Shown here: piece by piece, positions 34,347 through 36,385 of the stretch | Position numbering within the stretch: the stretch's first letter is position 1 | How the letters are laid out: each line of letters begins with the position of its first letter | From: a virus | Lineage: Duplodnaviria > Caudoviricetes | DNA: 36,385 nt | IMG/VR virus record: IMGVR_UViG_3300038379_000145 | Location: 1 to 36,385 of that record | Direction: 5' to 3' (one strand) | The notes under the pieces: model-generated | Database searches by the model: none | The model's input: only the letters and a program-made list of their open reading frames with translations | What the model was told of the DNA's origin: nothing | Translations under genes and position numbers: made by a program

Positions 34347-34540
34347 ATCAGCGGCCCGCCCAGGTCCGCAGCGCCTGCGTTCGTTTGGGGTCGTCCGCAG
34401 GCAGAGGCGGGCCGCTGATAGGGTTCTGGCGACCCGGATCGGTCGGGCGCTCTGGGGGAGAGTTTTAGGGGTTACTGAAACCCCGCCGCCCGAGTCGCCA
34501 GAATGCGAAGCGCGCCGCAGGCCGGGAAGCCTGGGCGCGC
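34347..34540 (-). ncRNA. Structured 5' leader of the late operon (three adjacent stem-loops)
   Basis: 34347-34360 pairs with 34406-34419 (14 bp, perfect). 34424-34437 pairs with 34490-34503 (13 Watson-Crick pairs plus a G-U on the - strand). Third hairpin at 34510-34540. Confidence 0.55.
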
Positions 34541-34554
34541 GTTTAGCAGCTTTG

Positions 34555-34586
34555 CATAAGTGGCCAGTGTTCGTGCCATGTGTCAA
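34555..34586 (-). promoter_or_regulatory. Candidate late promoter
   Basis: Perfect TTGACA at 34586-34581 just upstream of the structured leader. The -10 region (CCACTTATG) is poor. Confidence 0.4.
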
Positions 34587-34786
34587 CCCGCAGGCTCAAG
34601 CCGTTTAATGGACACCGTTTGTGTACGCGGCAACAAGGACTCAAGCGCACTAGCCACGCGATTGAGACTCATCATCCGATCATAGTCCACCGCCCATGGC
34701 CCCGTCAGCGCTCTTTGGGCCTCAGATTTCAGCGCGGCGACGGCCGTCTCAATGTCGCCAACAGTTGGCTGTCCGTAATTGCTCAT
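34583..34786 (-). CDS. Hypothetical protein (67 aa)
   Basis: ATG at 34786 after AAGGGA. Confidence 0.55.
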   Translation of the reverse strand: MSNYGQPTVGDIETAVAALKSEAQRALTGPWAVDYDRMMSLNRVASALESLLPRTQTVSIKRLEPAG

Positions 34787-34817
34787 CTCGTTCCCTTTCG
34801 CGCAACAATCAAAAACC

Positions 34818-35339
34818 TCATGCCGCCCTCCAGCTCGCAACGCCCCGGTCGCAGTCAGCGTAATATTCGGCCATGCCGATCAGCACATGATGCACGATGC
34901 GCTTGGCCGGGCGGATGTTGGGGATCGGATCGCGGCCCGCGCCCATGCTGCGGAAAAAGCTTAGACCCGAAGCCACGTCCTGCAAGGTGTAAAGCTGGAC
35001 GAGCCATTCCGCCACGTTCGGCGCGCTGGTGATCTTGCAGCGTTTGGAAACGCCCTGCCGCAGCCCGTAGAGCGCGTGGCCCGCGTCCATCTGCTTGGCT
35101 AGCCCCGCGTCGCTCCAGGCCATGTCAACACGGTCATAGTTCGCCTTGGCGCCGGGAAAGAACAGGATGCATTCGCGCACGGCGCGCTGTGCTGCCGCGT
35201 ACTCCTCCTCGGTTAGCTCCGGCTTCATCGCTTCGGCCGCCCAGATGCGGCGCGGCTGGCGCTTGGCCTCGCCGTTGTAGCGCGCGGCCAGCTCGGCCTG
35301 GTCCTGCGCGGCAATGCGCTTGAGTAACGCTGTGGTCAT
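34818..35339 (-). CDS. Putative late-gene regulator (Q-equivalent position)
   Basis: ATG at 35339 after GGGAG. Helical 173 aa protein with an HTH-like C-terminal region, just before the late promoter. Function inferred from position. Confidence 0.5.
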   Translation of the reverse strand: MTTALLKRIAAQDQAELAARYNGEAKRQPRRIWAAEAMKPELTEEEYAAAQRAVRECILFFPGAKANYDRVDMAWSDAGLAKQMDAGHALYGLRQGVSKRCKITSAPNVAEWLVQLYTLQDVASGLSFFRSMGAGRDPIPNIRPAKRIVHHVLIGMAEYYADCDRGVASWRAA

Positions 35340-35731
35340 GCCGATTGCTCCCGTAGCGCGTAAAGCGGGCGAATGCCCTTGTTCCATCGCCACAAACGAA
35401 CCTTGATGCAGTTCGCGCTCAGCCCGGTGCGCTCAGCCATGGCGCCCACCAGCGCTTCACCCTTGAGCCCGTGCGCCTTGAGCTTCGCTTGCAGCGACAG
35501 CAGCGTCTCGATCGGCACGCGCGGCGGACGGCCAGCGGCGCGCTGCCACGCCTTCAACCGGGGAACGTCGACGCCCTTCTTGCGGGCGTTGTGGAACAGG
35601 ACCGACAGGTGCTTGCGGTCAATGTCCATCTCGTCGCAAATCTCATCCCGCGTCGCTCCGTTGCGGAACATCTCGACCGCCTTGTTTTCCTGCGGCGCAA
35701 GGCGGGCGTCGTAAAAGCGCTCGTGCCTCAT
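35336..35731 (-). CDS. HTH DNA-binding protein (LuxR/sigma region 4-like)
   Basis: LAPQENKAVEMFRNGATRDEICDEMDIDRKHLSVLFHNARKK, plus a second HTH-like MAERTGLSANCIKVRL. Confidence 0.7.
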   Translation of the reverse strand: MRHERFYDARLAPQENKAVEMFRNGATRDEICDEMDIDRKHLSVLFHNARKKGVDVPRLKAWQRAAGRPPRVPIETLLSLQAKLKAHGLKGEALVGAMAERTGLSANCIKVRLWRWNKGIRPLYALREQSA

Positions 35732-36126
35732 CGCGTCCGCCCCTTGAATGGCGCTCCCCTGGTGGCGAGCGCGGCCAGCGCATCGTCCACATCGCGGCAC
35801 ACGATCACCGGCACGCCCAGGCCGGCGAGCTTGGGGAACATGCCCGCCTGCGCCTCGTTGAAACGCGGCTTGGCCTTCGACCGCGCGCCGCGCTTGCCTA
35901 TCACGGGCGGGGCCTTGCATTCGAGGCCGATCAGCGTCGGGCCAGGTCCGAGCACGAACAGGTCGGGCAAGCCCGCGCGCTGGCCCATGGCGTTCAGGAT
36001 CGCCTGCTCCCACGGCTTGCGCGTGCCCCGCTGCGCCGTGTTGGCCCAGAACAGCCACGGCGACTCAAGCCGCAAGCGCAAGTGCTGAACGATGGCGCGT
36101 TGCAGCTTCTCCTCAGGTCTGCGCAC
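35728..36126 (-). CDS. VRR-NUC family nuclease / Holliday junction resolvase
   Basis: EEKLQRAIV, GQRAGLPDLFV, GLECKAP, NEAQ and VIVCRDVDD form the PD-(D/E)xK VRR-NUC pattern. Confidence 0.85.
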   Translation of the reverse strand: MRRPEEKLQRAIVQHLRLRLESPWLFWANTAQRGTRKPWEQAILNAMGQRAGLPDLFVLGPGPTLIGLECKAPPVIGKRGARSKAKPRFNEAQAGMFPKLAGLGVPVIVCRDVDDALAALATRGAPFKGRTR

Positions 36127-36307
36127 GGCGCCCCTCCATCTCGATTTGCTTGGCCGCGAACTCGAAATGCTCAGCCATGCCCTCGGGTCCGATGTTGCGC
36201 GTCGAGTGCGCCGCGAAGCGCAGGAACTCCGCGAAGATGTCGGGGCCGAGCGTAGCGACGCCGTGTGCCTTGAGCTTCGCCCAATGCGGATTGACGCTGA
36301 CGTTCAT
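36113..36307 (-). CDS. Hypothetical protein (64 aa)
   Basis: GGAGG RBS and ATGA coupling. Confidence 0.6.
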   Translation of the reverse strand: MNVSVNPHWAKLKAHGVATLGPDIFAEFLRFAAHSTRNIGPEGMAEHFEFAAKQIEMEGRRAQT

Positions 36308-36384
36308 GCCGCGCCTCCCGTTTGCAGAGCAGCCTGCTCGCGAATGTCTTCAAGCGCGCGCTCGTTGGTGGCGTAGAAATCCGG
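36304..36384 (-). CDS. Partial (3' end) hypothetical protein
   Basis: ...PDFYATNERALEDIREQAALQTGGAA* is open from the window edge, and its stop overlaps the next ATG. Confidence 0.45.
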   Translation of the reverse strand, partial: PDFYATNERALEDIREQAALQTGGAA

Positions 36385-36385
36385 A

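Larger units (their letters stand above)
1..36385. mobile_element. Podovirus-like (P22/BPP-1-type) phage or prophage genome segment
   Basis: Contiguous TerS-TerL-portal-scaffold-capsid-adaptor-ejection-fibre-spanin order, flanked by recombination and nin-type genes. No tape measure, tail sheath or host housekeeping genes seen. Confidence 0.95.

Noticed and set aside
34347-34540. tRNA or simple intrinsic terminator
   Set aside because: No cloverleaf or T-loop consensus, and no U-tract after the stems on the - strand.
33867-34586. 239-aa ORF as listed in the track
   Set aside because: The N-terminal half crosses the structured leader and the Lys-rich peptide. The coupled GTG at 34220 is a better start.

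Overview
The whole window is phage DNA: most of the genome of a GC-rich, short-tailed (P22/BPP-1-like) phage or prophage. An alphaproteobacterial host is a weak inference. Bases 1-2240 (+) are the end of an early recombination operon (Bet/RecT-like annealase, NinB, DUF3850/ASCH-like protein). Bases 34583-36385 (-) are the end of a delayed-early operon (VRR-NUC nuclease, HTH protein, probable late regulator). Between them lies an apparently complete late operon on the - strand (about 34321 to 2291). In order it holds: a structured leader, a chain of unannotated micro-ORFs, TerS, TerL, portal, five accessory or decoration genes, scaffold, major capsid protein, a three-gene glycosylation cassette, adaptor and tail-hub genes, DNA-ejection proteins, tail fibre, beta-helix tailspike, and a lysis-like cassette with holin-like and spanin genes but no recognisable endolysin. 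The most notable signal is eight ORFs in the tail/ejection module sharing an N-terminal M-[GSA]-[LIF]-L-(S-R) basic amphipathic leader. Three of them look like ADP-ribosyltransferases (ART), which suggests a virion-loading signal for a swappable set of injected effectors. All family calls come from motif recognition and gene order; no searches were run.
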